Positions 8,449 to 17,384 of a stretch of DNA of 64,000 nucleotides are shown here, piece by piece. The stretch is taken from NCBI GenBank assembly GCA_003552465.1, contig PULQ01000060.1, positions 108 through 64,107 of the forward strand, in the 5' to 3' direction. How positions within the stretch are numbered: position 1 is the stretch's first letter; every line of letters starts with the position of its first letter. The translations under genes and the position numbers were made by a program. This stretch comes from Dehalococcoidia bacterium (GTDB lineage: Bacteria > Chloroflexota > Dehalococcoidia > GIF9 > AB-539-J10). The notes beneath the pieces are model-generated. The model was not told the origin of the DNA. It did no database searches and saw only the letters and a list, made by a program, of their open reading frames with translations.

Positions 8449-8523
8449 ATTCGCCTGGTGTTTGATGTACAGTTTCTAGCACGCGTCGCTCACGATAGTC
8501 AAACCTCCGGCGGGTTACTGCGA

Positions 8524-8552
8524 TTGACATTGACACTGCCACCTTCTAAAAT
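8524..8552 (+). promoter_or_regulatory. alaS promoter TTGACA-17-TAAAAT, short leader, SD AGGTGA
   Basis: ttgaca 8524-8529, taaaat 8547-8552, GTG start 8571. Confidence 0.5.
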
Positions 8553-8570
8553 CAAGCAGGTGATCGATCG

Positions 8571-11231
8571 GTGACCGCTGACCAACTAAGGCAGGCGTTT
8601 CTCAGGTTCTTTGAGGAAAGGGAACACAGGGTCATCCCCAGTTCATCCCTGGTGCCTCACAAGGATCCTACTCTGCTGTTGACCTCCGCGGGCATGGTGC
8701 AGATCAAGCCTTACTACCTGGGACTGGAGACTCCGCCCGCACAGCGCATGGCCTCCTCCCAGAAGTGCTTCCGCACGACGGACATAGACCTGGTCGGTGA
8801 CAGCAAGCACTTCACCTTCTTCGAGATGCTGGGCAACTTTAGCGTTGCCGACTACTTCAAGAAGGAGACCATCTCGTGGGCCTGGGAGTTCGTTATCGAG
8901 CACCTGAAGCTGTCCAGGGAGCGTCTCTGGATCACCATCTACCTCGACGATGAGGCAGCCTTCGCTTACTGGAGGGGGATAGGCATACCTGCCGATAGGA
9001 TACTGCGATTTGGAGAAGAGGACAACTTCTGGGGTCCCGTGGGAGACTCGGGTCCCTGCGGCCCGTGCAGCGAGATCCACTACGATATGGGAGAGCAGTT
9101 CGGCTGCGGAAAACCAGACTGCAAGCCCAGCTGCGATTGCGGGCGCTTCTGCGAGATCTGGAACCTGGTGTTCACCGAGTTCAACCAGGCCCCGGACGGA
9201 AAACGAACTCCTCTGCCCGAGAAGCATATCGACACCGGGATGGGGTTGGAGAGAACCCTGGCGGTCCTCCAGGGTAAGCCGACGCCATATGAGACGGACC
9301 TGTTTGCCCCTCTGATCGGGGAGGTCTGCCGCCTGTCCGGCAGGGAATACGGCCGCGATGAAGAGATGGATCGCGCGATCAGGATTGTGACCGACCATTC
9401 ACGCGGGATCGCCTTTCTTGTTGCCGACGGCGTGATGCCCTCGAGCGAGGGGAGGGGATATATCCTGCGGCGCATCATCAGGCGCGCCTCGCTCTTCGGG
9501 AGAAAGCTGGGGCTGACTGAGCCGTTCCTCATCGATACGGCTGGAGCGGTGATCGACGCCTTCAGTCATGTGTATCCTGAACTCTCCACCAATCAAGGTC
9601 TGATCCGCGACGTGATCATGGCCGAGGAGGAGAGGTTCATCGCAACCCTGGACAGCGGCCTTGGCCTGGTGGAGAAGGCCGTGGCCGGGGCCTTGCAGCA
9701 GGGCAGGAAGGAACTGACGGACGGAGAGGCCTTCAGGCTTCAGGATACCCACGGCATTCCCGCCGATGTGACGGCAGAGATCGCGGCGGAGAAGGGCCTG
9801 TCGGTGGACTGGGAAGGGTTCGAGGCTGAGATGGAGAAGCACAGGGAGAAGGCGAGGGCCAAGGCCAACCTCAGAACCAAAGAGTCTCTCGCAGGTAAGT
9901 CGATCACTCATACTCGGGCATCGCTGGAACTTGCCAAAGATGCAGGAAGAACAGAGTTCGTAGGGTATGAGAGGATATCCGGGCGAGCCAGGTTGGTGGG
10001 GCTTACGGCCAACGATGAGAAGGCGGAGGGTGCGGTTCAAGGAGAGGAGGTCTGTATCGTCCTCGATGAGACTCCCTTCTACGGTGAGATGGGAGGACAG
10101 GTCGGGGACTGCGGTGAGATCGGCGGCCCCGAGGGTAAGATCACCGTCAGCAATACGCTGATGGCCCCATCGGGCGTGATAGTACACGTCGGGAAGGTAA
10201 GTCAAGGGATCATATCCGTTGGAGATCAGGTTGAGGCGATGATCGACGCCGAGCGCCGGCTGGATATCGCTCGCAACCATACGGCCACCCACCTGCTCCA
10301 GACGGCCCTCAGGAAGACGCTGGGCAGCAGCGTCCGCCAGAAGGGCTCTCTGGTGGAGCCGGAGCGGCTCCGGTTCGACTTCGCCCACATGGGCTCCGTG
10401 ACCGAGGAACAGCTCAACGACATCCAGAGGCAGGTGAATGAACTGATACGCCAGAACCTGAAGGTCGAGGCGATCTTCCTTCCTCATGATCAGGCCATTG
10501 CCGAAGGCGCAATCGCGCTTTTCGAGGAGAAGTACGGGGAAGACGTCCGCGTACTGCAGATCGGAGAGCCAACGATAAGCAAGGAACTCTGTGGCGGCAC
10601 TCATGTAGGGTCGACCGGGGAGATCGGGTTGTTCCTGATAACGGCTGAGAGCAGTATAGGGGTGGGGCTTCACCGCATTGAGGCGGTGACCGGGAGAGGA
10701 TCTGAATCGCTGGTCGAGTCTCGACTGGCTGAACTGAAGAGCATAGCCGGTGCGGTAGAGGGCTCACTGGATGAAGCACCCGGCAAGGTAAAGGCGCTTG
10801 TCGAAGAACTGGACACGGAGCGAAAGAGGGCGCTGTCGCTTGAGAGAGAGCTATCAAGGAGAGTTGCCGACGATCTGTCCGGGCGGGCAGAGCAGGTGGA
10901 TGGAGTCACGGTCCTGGCGGCCAGGGTGCCGACCATGGCCATGCCTGTCCTCAGGCAGATGGGCGACATGCTGAAGGACAGGCTCAAGAGCGCCGTGGTC
11001 GTCCTGGCCATGGTCCACAACGGCAAGCCCAGCTTCCTTGCTATGGTGACGCCCGACCTTGCGGCCAGAGGTTTTCACGCGGGCGATATCGTCAACCAGG
11101 TCGCGAAAGCCACGGGTGGCGGAGGTGGAGGAAAGGCGGCCATGGCCCAGGCGGGAGGCAAGGAGGCGGGCAGGATAGATGAGGCGCTCAGGCTGGTGAA
11201 GGGCATCGTCGCGGCCCGGGCTTCGGAGTAG
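8571..11231 (+). CDS. alaS: Alanine--tRNA ligase
   Basis: N-terminus ..IRQAFL.FFE..H..I.SSSLVPH.DPTLL.T.AGM.., full-length 886 aa, C-terminal DHHA1 GGGGG motif. Confidence 0.95.
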   Translation: MTADQLRQAFLRFFEEREHRVIPSSSLVPHKDPTLLLTSAGMVQIKPYYLGLETPPAQRMASSQKCFRTTDIDLVGDSKHFTFFEMLGNFSVADYFKKETISWAWEFVIEHLKLSRERLWITIYLDDEAAFAYWRGIGIPADRILRFGEEDNFWGPVGDSGPCGPCSEIHYDMGEQFGCGKPDCKPSCDCGRFCEIWNLVFTEFNQAPDGKRTPLPEKHIDTGMGLERTLAVLQGKPTPYETDLFAPLIGEVCRLSGREYGRDEEMDRAIRIVTDHSRGIAFLVADGVMPSSEGRGYILRRIIRRASLFGRKLGLTEPFLIDTAGAVIDAFSHVYPELSTNQGLIRDVIMAEEERFIATLDSGLGLVEKAVAGALQQGRKELTDGEAFRLQDTHGIPADVTAEIAAEKGLSVDWEGFEAEMEKHREKARAKANLRTKESLAGKSITHTRASLELAKDAGRTEFVGYERISGRARLVGLTANDEKAEGAVQGEEVCIVLDETPFYGEMGGQVGDCGEIGGPEGKITVSNTLMAPSGVIVHVGKVSQGIISVGDQVEAMIDAERRLDIARNHTATHLLQTALRKTLGSSVRQKGSLVEPERLRFDFAHMGSVTEEQLNDIQRQVNELIRQNLKVEAIFLPHDQAIAEGAIALFEEKYGEDVRVLQIGEPTISKELCGGTHVGSTGEIGLFLITAESSIGVGLHRIEAVTGRGSESLVESRLAELKSIAGAVEGSLDEAPGKVKALVEELDTERKRALSLERELSRRVADDLSGRAEQVDGVTVLAARVPTMAMPVLRQMGDMLKDRLKSAVVVLAMVHNGKPSFLAMVTPDLAARGFHAGDIVNQVAKATGGGGGGKAAMAQAGGKEAGRIDEALRLVKGIVAARASE

Positions 11232-11391
11232 ACTACTGTCCGGTATGGCCCTCAGTTGCTATGAACGACAGACCGTCATCCTGATACGGAGCCAGTTGAC
11301 GTGAAAGATGTGGCACGGTTGCTGCCCCGATTCCGTGGGAGTGGGCAGGGAAGCGGAGAGAATCGGGCGAATGTGATCGAGGAGAGTAAGA

Positions 11392-11901
11392 GTGCGTAGC
11401 TTAGGGCTCGATGTTGGAGACAGGAGAACCGGTGTTGCCATCAGCGATTCCGAGGGGATCCTGGCGACGCCTCTGACTGTGCTTGAGAGCCTGAACGAAG
11501 ACGCTCTTGTAGATTCTGTTCTCAAACTTGTCGGGCAACACCGTGTGGAGCGAATCGTGGTCGGCCTGCCCCGACACATGGACGGACAGCTTGGCAGGCA
11601 GGCCGGCAAGGTGACAGCATTCGTCGACAGGCTGCGATTGAGGGGCTCCGAGATGGCGATTGAAGGGCACCTCAGCGCTTTCGACATACAACTGTGGGAC
11701 GAGCGGCTCTCGACGCAGACCGCCGAGCGGCTGAGGACCGAGGCCCGCAGCAAGGGGCAGAAGCTGCGCTCTATGGCCAAGAAGGGGGCCAGACACCATA
11801 GCTTCAGAGCCAGGTCCGGGGTGGACGCCATGGCGGCGGCTCTGATCCTGCAGGGCTATCTTGATAGTCTTAAGGGGAGCGAGGAATGGCCAGACGAATA
11901 G
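11392..11901 (+). CDS. ruvX: Putative pre-16S rRNA nuclease / Holliday junction resolvase-like YqgF
   Basis: MRSLGLDVGDRRTGVAISD..ATPL motif; follows alaS as in many bacteria. Confidence 0.85.
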   Translation: MRSLGLDVGDRRTGVAISDSEGILATPLTVLESLNEDALVDSVLKLVGQHRVERIVVGLPRHMDGQLGRQAGKVTAFVDRLRLRGSEMAIEGHLSAFDIQLWDERLSTQTAERLRTEARSKGQKLRSMAKKGARHHSFRARSGVDAMAAALILQGYLDSLKGSEEWPDE

Positions 11902-12761
11902 GGCTCATAGGCTATCCGATCAAGCACTCCATTTCGCCTCGGTTCCAGCAGGCGGCCCTGGATCATCACAGACTCGATATTCGCTATGAACTGTGGGAGA
12001 CGGAACCGGCCCGGCTGCGTTCTGTGGTCGATGACCTGAGAAAGACGGAGAACGTCGGAGCCAATGTGACCGTGCCTCACAAGGAAGCAGTACTGCCGAT
12101 GCTGGACAGGGTCGACGAGCTGGTTGCTGCGGTTGGCGCGGTAAACACCATAGTAAAGGAAGGCGATGATCTGGTGGGGTATAACACCGACGTCTATGGC
12201 TTTCTCGAGGCGTTGAACAGGGTGAAACGTTTCGACCCGGCGGGAAAGCGTGTGGTAGTGCTCGGCGCGGGCGGAGCGGCCAGGGCGGTCGGCGCTGCCC
12301 TCGTGCAGAGGAAGGCTGCATCACTGGCCATCACCGATGGAGTATTCGGGCGGGCAGAAGAGCTGGCGGCACACCTGGTCCACTATGCCGAAACGACGCT
12401 GGATGGCGTAGATGGGTCGGGAACAGACGTTACTGCCTTCCCCTGGCAACGGGTGGCGTCGGCGGAGACCTTCGACGACCGCAACCTGATAGTTCACTGC
12501 ACTACCATAGGAATGAAGCATAGTGAACAGGAAGGGCAATCGCCTCTTAGCCCGGAGGTTATTCCGGCCGATGCCCTGGTCTATGATCTCGTGTACAACC
12601 CCCGGTCTACTCCCCTGCTGGAGATGGCACAGCAGGCGGGAGCGGATACACTCGGCGGCCTGCCTATGTTAGTATATCAGGGGGCAGCCTCCTTTCGGTT
12701 GTGGACGGGCATTGTGGCGCCGGTTGAGGTAATGCTGAAGAAGGCTGAAGAGGAGCTCTAA
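11886..12761 (+). CDS. aroE: Shikimate dehydrogenase
   Basis: GLIGYPIKHSISP..NVTVPHKE..VNTI; GAGGAARA Rossmann motif. Confidence 0.9.
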   Translation: MARRIGLIGYPIKHSISPRFQQAALDHHRLDIRYELWETEPARLRSVVDDLRKTENVGANVTVPHKEAVLPMLDRVDELVAAVGAVNTIVKEGDDLVGYNTDVYGFLEALNRVKRFDPAGKRVVVLGAGGAARAVGAALVQRKAASLAITDGVFGRAEELAAHLVHYAETTLDGVDGSGTDVTAFPWQRVASAETFDDRNLIVHCTTIGMKHSEQEGQSPLSPEVIPADALVYDLVYNPRSTPLLEMAQQAGADTLGGLPMLVYQGAASFRLWTGIVAPVEVMLKKAEEEL

Positions 12762-12772
12762 GGGACAGAGGG

Positions 12773-13702
12773 ATGCGAAGTAAGAAGGCGATCATCATCA
12801 GTCTGAGCATCGTCCTGGTCGTGGTGATACTGGTTCTGATCATGGTTGGTCCACTGGCACGACGGCCGGCGGACAGGATCGCGGTTGTTTCTCTGAGCGG
12901 CACCATCACTTTCCAGGGGGCCTCGCTGTTCTCCGGCGCGGTTATCACGCCGGACCTGGTGAGATCATATCTGAGAAGAGCCGGGGCAGACCCGGCGGTG
13001 AGGGCGATCGTCATCCGTGTTAACAGCCCGGGCGGAACGGTTACGGCGTGCCAGGAGATCCTCGAGGAGATAGAAAGGGCCAGTGAGAAGGTCCCGGTCG
13101 TCGTGGTGATGGAAAATATGGCTGCCTCGGGTGGATACTACATCTCGATGGGAGCCGACCGGATCGTTGCCTCACCGGTGGCAACGACCGGCAGCATTGG
13201 AGTTATCAGCCAGGTCGTGAATGTGGAGGGGCTCTACGAGAGGCTGGGCGTCAGAGTTGAGACATTCAAGGGAGGCCGGTACAAGGACATGTACTCGGGG
13301 CTCAGGGAGTTGACTCAGGAGGAAGAGGAGATAATGCAGGGAATGGTCGATGAGTATTATGAGCACTTCGTTGGGGTTGTGGCTGCCGGGAGGGGGTTGA
13401 GCATAGAGGAGGCCAGGGAACTGGCGACCGGGCAGCTGTATACCGGCGCCGAGGCTTACCGGCTCGGCCTTGTTGACAAACTGGGCGGACTGGACACGGC
13501 CCTGGACGTGGCGCTCGAGCTGGCAGACCTGGAATTCGCACGGGTTGAGTACTACCGTCCGCCCAGGCGGTCGGTGTGGTCGTTACTGGGGTTTGGCGAT
13601 GCTCTGCGGATGAGGTTGTCGGGGTTCAGTGCGGAGGACATAATGCTGTTGGAGATCTTGAGCCAGAACTATCCTCAACCCAGTTTTCTGTACCAGGGCT
13701 AA
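12773..13702 (+). CDS. sppA: Signal peptide peptidase SppA (36K type)
   Basis: N-terminal TM, VIRVNSPGGTVTA and ASGGYYIS serine-peptidase S49 motifs. Confidence 0.85.
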   Translation: MRSKKAIIISLSIVLVVVILVLIMVGPLARRPADRIAVVSLSGTITFQGASLFSGAVITPDLVRSYLRRAGADPAVRAIVIRVNSPGGTVTACQEILEEIERASEKVPVVVVMENMAASGGYYISMGADRIVASPVATTGSIGVISQVVNVEGLYERLGVRVETFKGGRYKDMYSGLRELTQEEEEIMQGMVDEYYEHFVGVVAAGRGLSIEEARELATGQLYTGAEAYRLGLVDKLGGLDTALDVALELADLEFARVEYYRPPRRSVWSLLGFGDALRMRLSGFSAEDIMLLEILSQNYPQPSFLYQG

Positions 13703-14886
13703 TGGGGCGATTTCGTTTTCTTACCGCAGGCGAGTCCCACGGAAGGGGATTGGTGGCCATCGTCGAAGGAATGGTGGCCGGCCTTCCGCTGGAAGAGGAC
13801 TATATCAACGGGCAACTCAAGCGCCGCCAGCAGGGCTACGGGCGCGGCCCCCGCATGAAGATCGAAGAGGACCGTGCCGAGATCATCTCCGGCGTTCGTT
13901 ACGGACGGTCAACAGGCAGCCCCATCTCTCTGCTCATCATAAATCGCGATTGGGAGAACTGGCGTCAGCAGATGAGCGTTGCGCCTGTTCATGAGGAGGC
14001 AGAGCCTGTAACCCGTCCCCGCCCGGGACATGCCGACCTTGCCGGCCTGAACAAATACGGACTCGAAGATGTAAGGCCCATCATCGAAAGGGCGAGCGCA
14101 CGGGAGACGGCGGCAAGGGTTGCGGTCGGCGCTGTGGCCAGGAGGTTTATCGAGGAGTTTGGCATTGCCGTCAATAGCCGCACAATGGCGATCGGAGATG
14201 TCGGTGAAGTATCTCGTCTCTGTCAGGACAAGCTTTGTGATGAACTGCCGGTGGACTGGGGTCGGGTGGAGTCGTCGCCGGTTCGCTGTGCCGATGCGGT
14301 GATGGAACAGGCGATGATGACGGCCATCGATGACGCGAAAGCCGGGAGAGACACGCTGGGTGGCGTTGTCGAGGTCATCGCTGCCGGAGTCCCGGTGGGC
14401 CTGGGCAGCCACGTTAGCTGGGACCGCCGCCTTGACGGTAGAGTGGCCGGTGCGATAATGAGCATAAACGCCGTTAAGGGAGTGGAGATCGGTGCCGGAT
14501 TCGGCCTGGCGCAGGTCAGGGGTTCTGAGGCCCATGATGTTATCGAACCCGCTGCCGGTGGGTCACTACCATGGCGACACGCTACCAATCGTGCCGGCGG
14601 TATCGAGGGCGGCATGAGCAACGGCGAGAGCATCGTGATACGGGCAGCGGCCAAGCCCGTTGCCACCCTGGCCGGGCCCCTGCCTTCGATGGACCTTCGA
14701 ACCGGCGAGGCAACGGAGGCCCACTACGAGCGTAGCGACGTCTGTGTGGTGCCGGCCGTCGGGGTAATCGCAGAGGCTATGCTGTGCATTGTTCTGGCAG
14801 ACGCGTGTCTGGAGAAATTCGGCGGCGATAACCTGAAGGAGACGCTGGCCAACCATCGCAACTATATGAACTCCATAGCCCGGTAG
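13702..14886 (+). CDS. aroC: Chorismate synthase
   Basis: MGRFRFLTAGESHG start (TAATG overlap with sppA stop); full-length chorismate synthase signatures. Confidence 0.9.
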   Translation: MGRFRFLTAGESHGRGLVAIVEGMVAGLPLEEDYINGQLKRRQQGYGRGPRMKIEEDRAEIISGVRYGRSTGSPISLLIINRDWENWRQQMSVAPVHEEAEPVTRPRPGHADLAGLNKYGLEDVRPIIERASARETAARVAVGAVARRFIEEFGIAVNSRTMAIGDVGEVSRLCQDKLCDELPVDWGRVESSPVRCADAVMEQAMMTAIDDAKAGRDTLGGVVEVIAAGVPVGLGSHVSWDRRLDGRVAGAIMSINAVKGVEIGAGFGLAQVRGSEAHDVIEPAAGGSLPWRHATNRAGGIEGGMSNGESIVIRAAAKPVATLAGPLPSMDLRTGEATEAHYERSDVCVVPAVGVIAEAMLCIVLADACLEKFGGDNLKETLANHRNYMNSIAR

Positions 14887-14970
14887 GTGGGGTTCTGGTC
14901 AGCAGAGCTCCGCATGGAGCAGAGGCTACAAGATCAGCCAACCGGTGCCAACCGCCTTGGTGCCGGGCAG

Positions 14971-15597
14971 CTACTGAAGGAAGGGGTTGCCTGTTCGTTC
15001 GTCGCCGATCGTGGTGGGCGGTCCGTGCCCGGGGTAGACGACGGTGTCATCGGGCAGAACCATCAGCTTCTCCTGGATACTGCCAAGCAGGCGTTCGTGG
15101 CTGCAGCCGGGAAAGTCGGTCCGGCCGATACCGGAGTTGACCAGGGTGTCGCCGGCGAAGACCATCCCGTGCCCCAGGAGACAGATGCCACCCGAGCTGT
15201 GGCCGGGTGTGAGAAGGACCTCGAAGTGAAGGTCGTCGATGTCTATGCGGTCGCCGTCTTTCAGCACCAAATCGGGCTCAGGGGGCGATTTCACCGGGGA
15301 AAGACCCAGATTGGTGAGCATGCGAACCGGACTGGCGAAGACAATCCCCTTCTCTGCCTCGTGAAGCGCAAACCGCGCGCCGGTGCGCTCCTTGACATCG
15401 CGAACTGCGCCCACGTGGTCGATGTGAGCATGGGTTATCACGATCAACGTGATGGACAGCTCCATCTGCTGTACCCTACGTAGAATGCTGGCCGCCTCGG
15501 CGCCGGGGTCGATTATCATCCCGTTCTTGGTTGATGAAGAGCCGACGATATAGCAGTTGGCGGCGAACGAGCCCACTACCAGTCTGTCTAAGATCAT
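14971..15597 (-). CDS. MBL-fold metallo-hydrolase (glyoxalase II-like)
   Basis: THAHIDHVGA metal-binding motif, ..TPGHSSGG.., PGHGP; start taken at MILDRL (ORF could extend to 15645). Confidence 0.8.
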   Translation of the reverse strand: MILDRLVVGSFAANCYIVGSSSTKNGMIIDPGAEAASILRRVQQMELSITLIVITHAHIDHVGAVRDVKERTGARFALHEAEKGIVFASPVRMLTNLGLSPVKSPPEPDLVLKDGDRIDIDDLHFEVLLTPGHSSGGICLLGHGMVFAGDTLVNSGIGRTDFPGCSHERLLGSIQEKLMVLPDDTVVYPGHGPPTTIGDERTGNPFLQ

Positions 15598-15779
15598 CAA
15601 TGACCCTGCCGGAATACTGCTGCCGAATCCGCAGAATGGTAGCACAATCTGTGTTCTCAGAACACCGTCCTGACACGATTCAGTGAGGTCATCGGGCAGA
15701 GAAGCCCGAGGGATTCGGCTCGCCCCATCTGTGACGGAGATTGCATATTCGGCTGTTTTCCGCTATAACTGTCATCTTG

Positions 15780-16517
15780 ATGGCCGTCCTGTGCGTAACG
15801 GATCTCACCAAGCACTACAATAGCTTCACAGCCGTAGATCGCATTTCCTTCGAGGTCAGGGAGGGCGAGATAGTTAGCCTCCTGGGACCAAACGGAGCGG
15901 GGAAGACCACTACCATTCAGATGCTGCTCTCACTTGTATCTCCCAGCAGCGGCGAGATACAGGTCTTCGGCAAGAACCTGAAGTATCATCGTGAGGAACT
16001 GCTGTCAATGATGAACTTCAGCGCTCCTTATTCGCTATTGCCCTACAATCTCACCCCGCGGGAGGGGCTGAAGGTGTTCTCAATGCTCTATGGAGTGAGA
16101 GACCACAATGAGAGGGCGAACGCTCTTCTCGAGGAGTTTAACCTCATGGAACTGGCCGGCAGAAAGATCGGGCAGCTCTCGACCGGTGAGCAGATGCGTC
16201 TCTGCGTTGCCAAGGCGTTTGTGAACACCCCCAGACTTCTTCTGCTCGACGAGCCGACTTCTTCTCTCGATCCTCCGACCGCCAGACAGCTAAGGGCGAG
16301 GATCCTGAGACTGATCCGGGACTCGAACGGTGCTGTGCTCTGGACCTCCCACAACATGCGGGAGGTGGAGACCGTGTCGGACCGGATCATCTTCCTCTCC
16401 CGGGGGCGGATCGTGGCCGATGATACTCCCGGCAATCTCAAACGCAGGTTCGGAGAGGATGACCTGGAGGAGATCTTCATCACCATTGCCAGGGAGCCGA
16501 TCAGGGAGCCGCCGTGA
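15780..16517 (+). CDS. ABC transporter ATP-binding protein (ABC-2 type exporter)
   Basis: Walker A GPNGAGKTT, signature LSTGEQMR, Walker B LLLDEPTSSLD; ATG 15780 chosen over upstream TTG. Confidence 0.85.
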   Translation: MAVLCVTDLTKHYNSFTAVDRISFEVREGEIVSLLGPNGAGKTTTIQMLLSLVSPSSGEIQVFGKNLKYHREELLSMMNFSAPYSLLPYNLTPREGLKVFSMLYGVRDHNERANALLEEFNLMELAGRKIGQLSTGEQMRLCVAKAFVNTPRLLLLDEPTSSLDPPTARQLRARILRLIRDSNGAVLWTSHNMREVETVSDRIIFLSRGRIVADDTPGNLKRRFGEDDLEEIFITIAREPIREPP

Positions 16518-17314
16518 ACCGCCTGCACATACTGGGCCTGTTCTACCGCAACATAATCCTCATTCGACGCAGCGGACCGAAGCTCTTCGGGCTGTTCGGC
16601 TTTGTTACCGTCGCTCTGCTGCTCTGGGGATTCCTCACCCTGTGGTTACAGGACCTCGCTCCGGGGGAGGCCGTGCCCGACTTCATCATACTCATCCTCA
16701 GCGCCTTCATCTTCTGGTCGCTTTTCGATCTCTCGCAGCGGTCCTTCGGCATCTCATTCCTTGAAGAGGTGTGGTCGAGGAACGTCATCAACCTGTTCGC
16801 CGCTCCGGTGAAGCTGAGCGAGATGGTGCTGGGATTCGTCATGGTGGGCGTTGCCCAGGCCTTTCTCGCCTTCTTCTACGTTACGACGCTAGCCTTCCTC
16901 CTCTATGCTCTTAACATCTGGACCCTCGGGTTCTATATCATACCGTTCTTCGTGAATATCCTTGTATTCGGCTGGGCGCTGGGTGTCGTAACCATCGGAC
17001 TGGTCGTTCGCTTCGGGCCGTCGGCAGACATCCTGGCGTTCTTTATACCGTTCCTGCTGTTGCCGTTTTCGGCAGTCTACTATCCTATATCCGTGTACCC
17101 TCCTGTCCTGCAGACGATAACCTTTGCCCTTCCCACGCGGCACATGTTCGAGGGCATGCGCACCGCCATAAGCGAGGGGATGATCCCCTGGCAGGAGGTC
17201 CTGTGGGCCACGGTTCTCAACGTGGTCTTCGTGGTCCTGGCCTTTCTCTTCCTGTACTGGATGCTTCATCTGGCCAGAACCAGGGGGTATCTCAGCCGCC
17301 TCGTCCATGACTGA
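16514..17314 (+). CDS. ABC-2 family transporter permease
   Basis: 6 predicted TM helices, overlaps ATPase stop (GTGA). Confidence 0.8.
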   Translation: MNRLHILGLFYRNIILIRRSGPKLFGLFGFVTVALLLWGFLTLWLQDLAPGEAVPDFIILILSAFIFWSLFDLSQRSFGISFLEEVWSRNVINLFAAPVKLSEMVLGFVMVGVAQAFLAFFYVTTLAFLLYALNIWTLGFYIIPFFVNILVFGWALGVVTIGLVVRFGPSADILAFFIPFLLLPFSAVYYPISVYPPVLQTITFALPTRHMFEGMRTAISEGMIPWQEVLWATVLNVVFVVLAFLFLYWMLHLARTRGYLSRLVHD

Positions 17315-17384
17315 CTAGTCCGTTCTGTGCGAAACCTGTTGCTCAGGTCCTTCATTTTCAATATACTGACCTGGACGAACTGAT

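Noticed and set aside
8449-8570. T-box leaders upstream of alaS and aspS
   Set aside because: The alaS promoter sits ~12 nt before the start codon (no room for a leader). The aspS upstream hairpin is separated from the start by its own promoter. No T-box consensus (AGGGUGGNACCGCG) was seen in either region.
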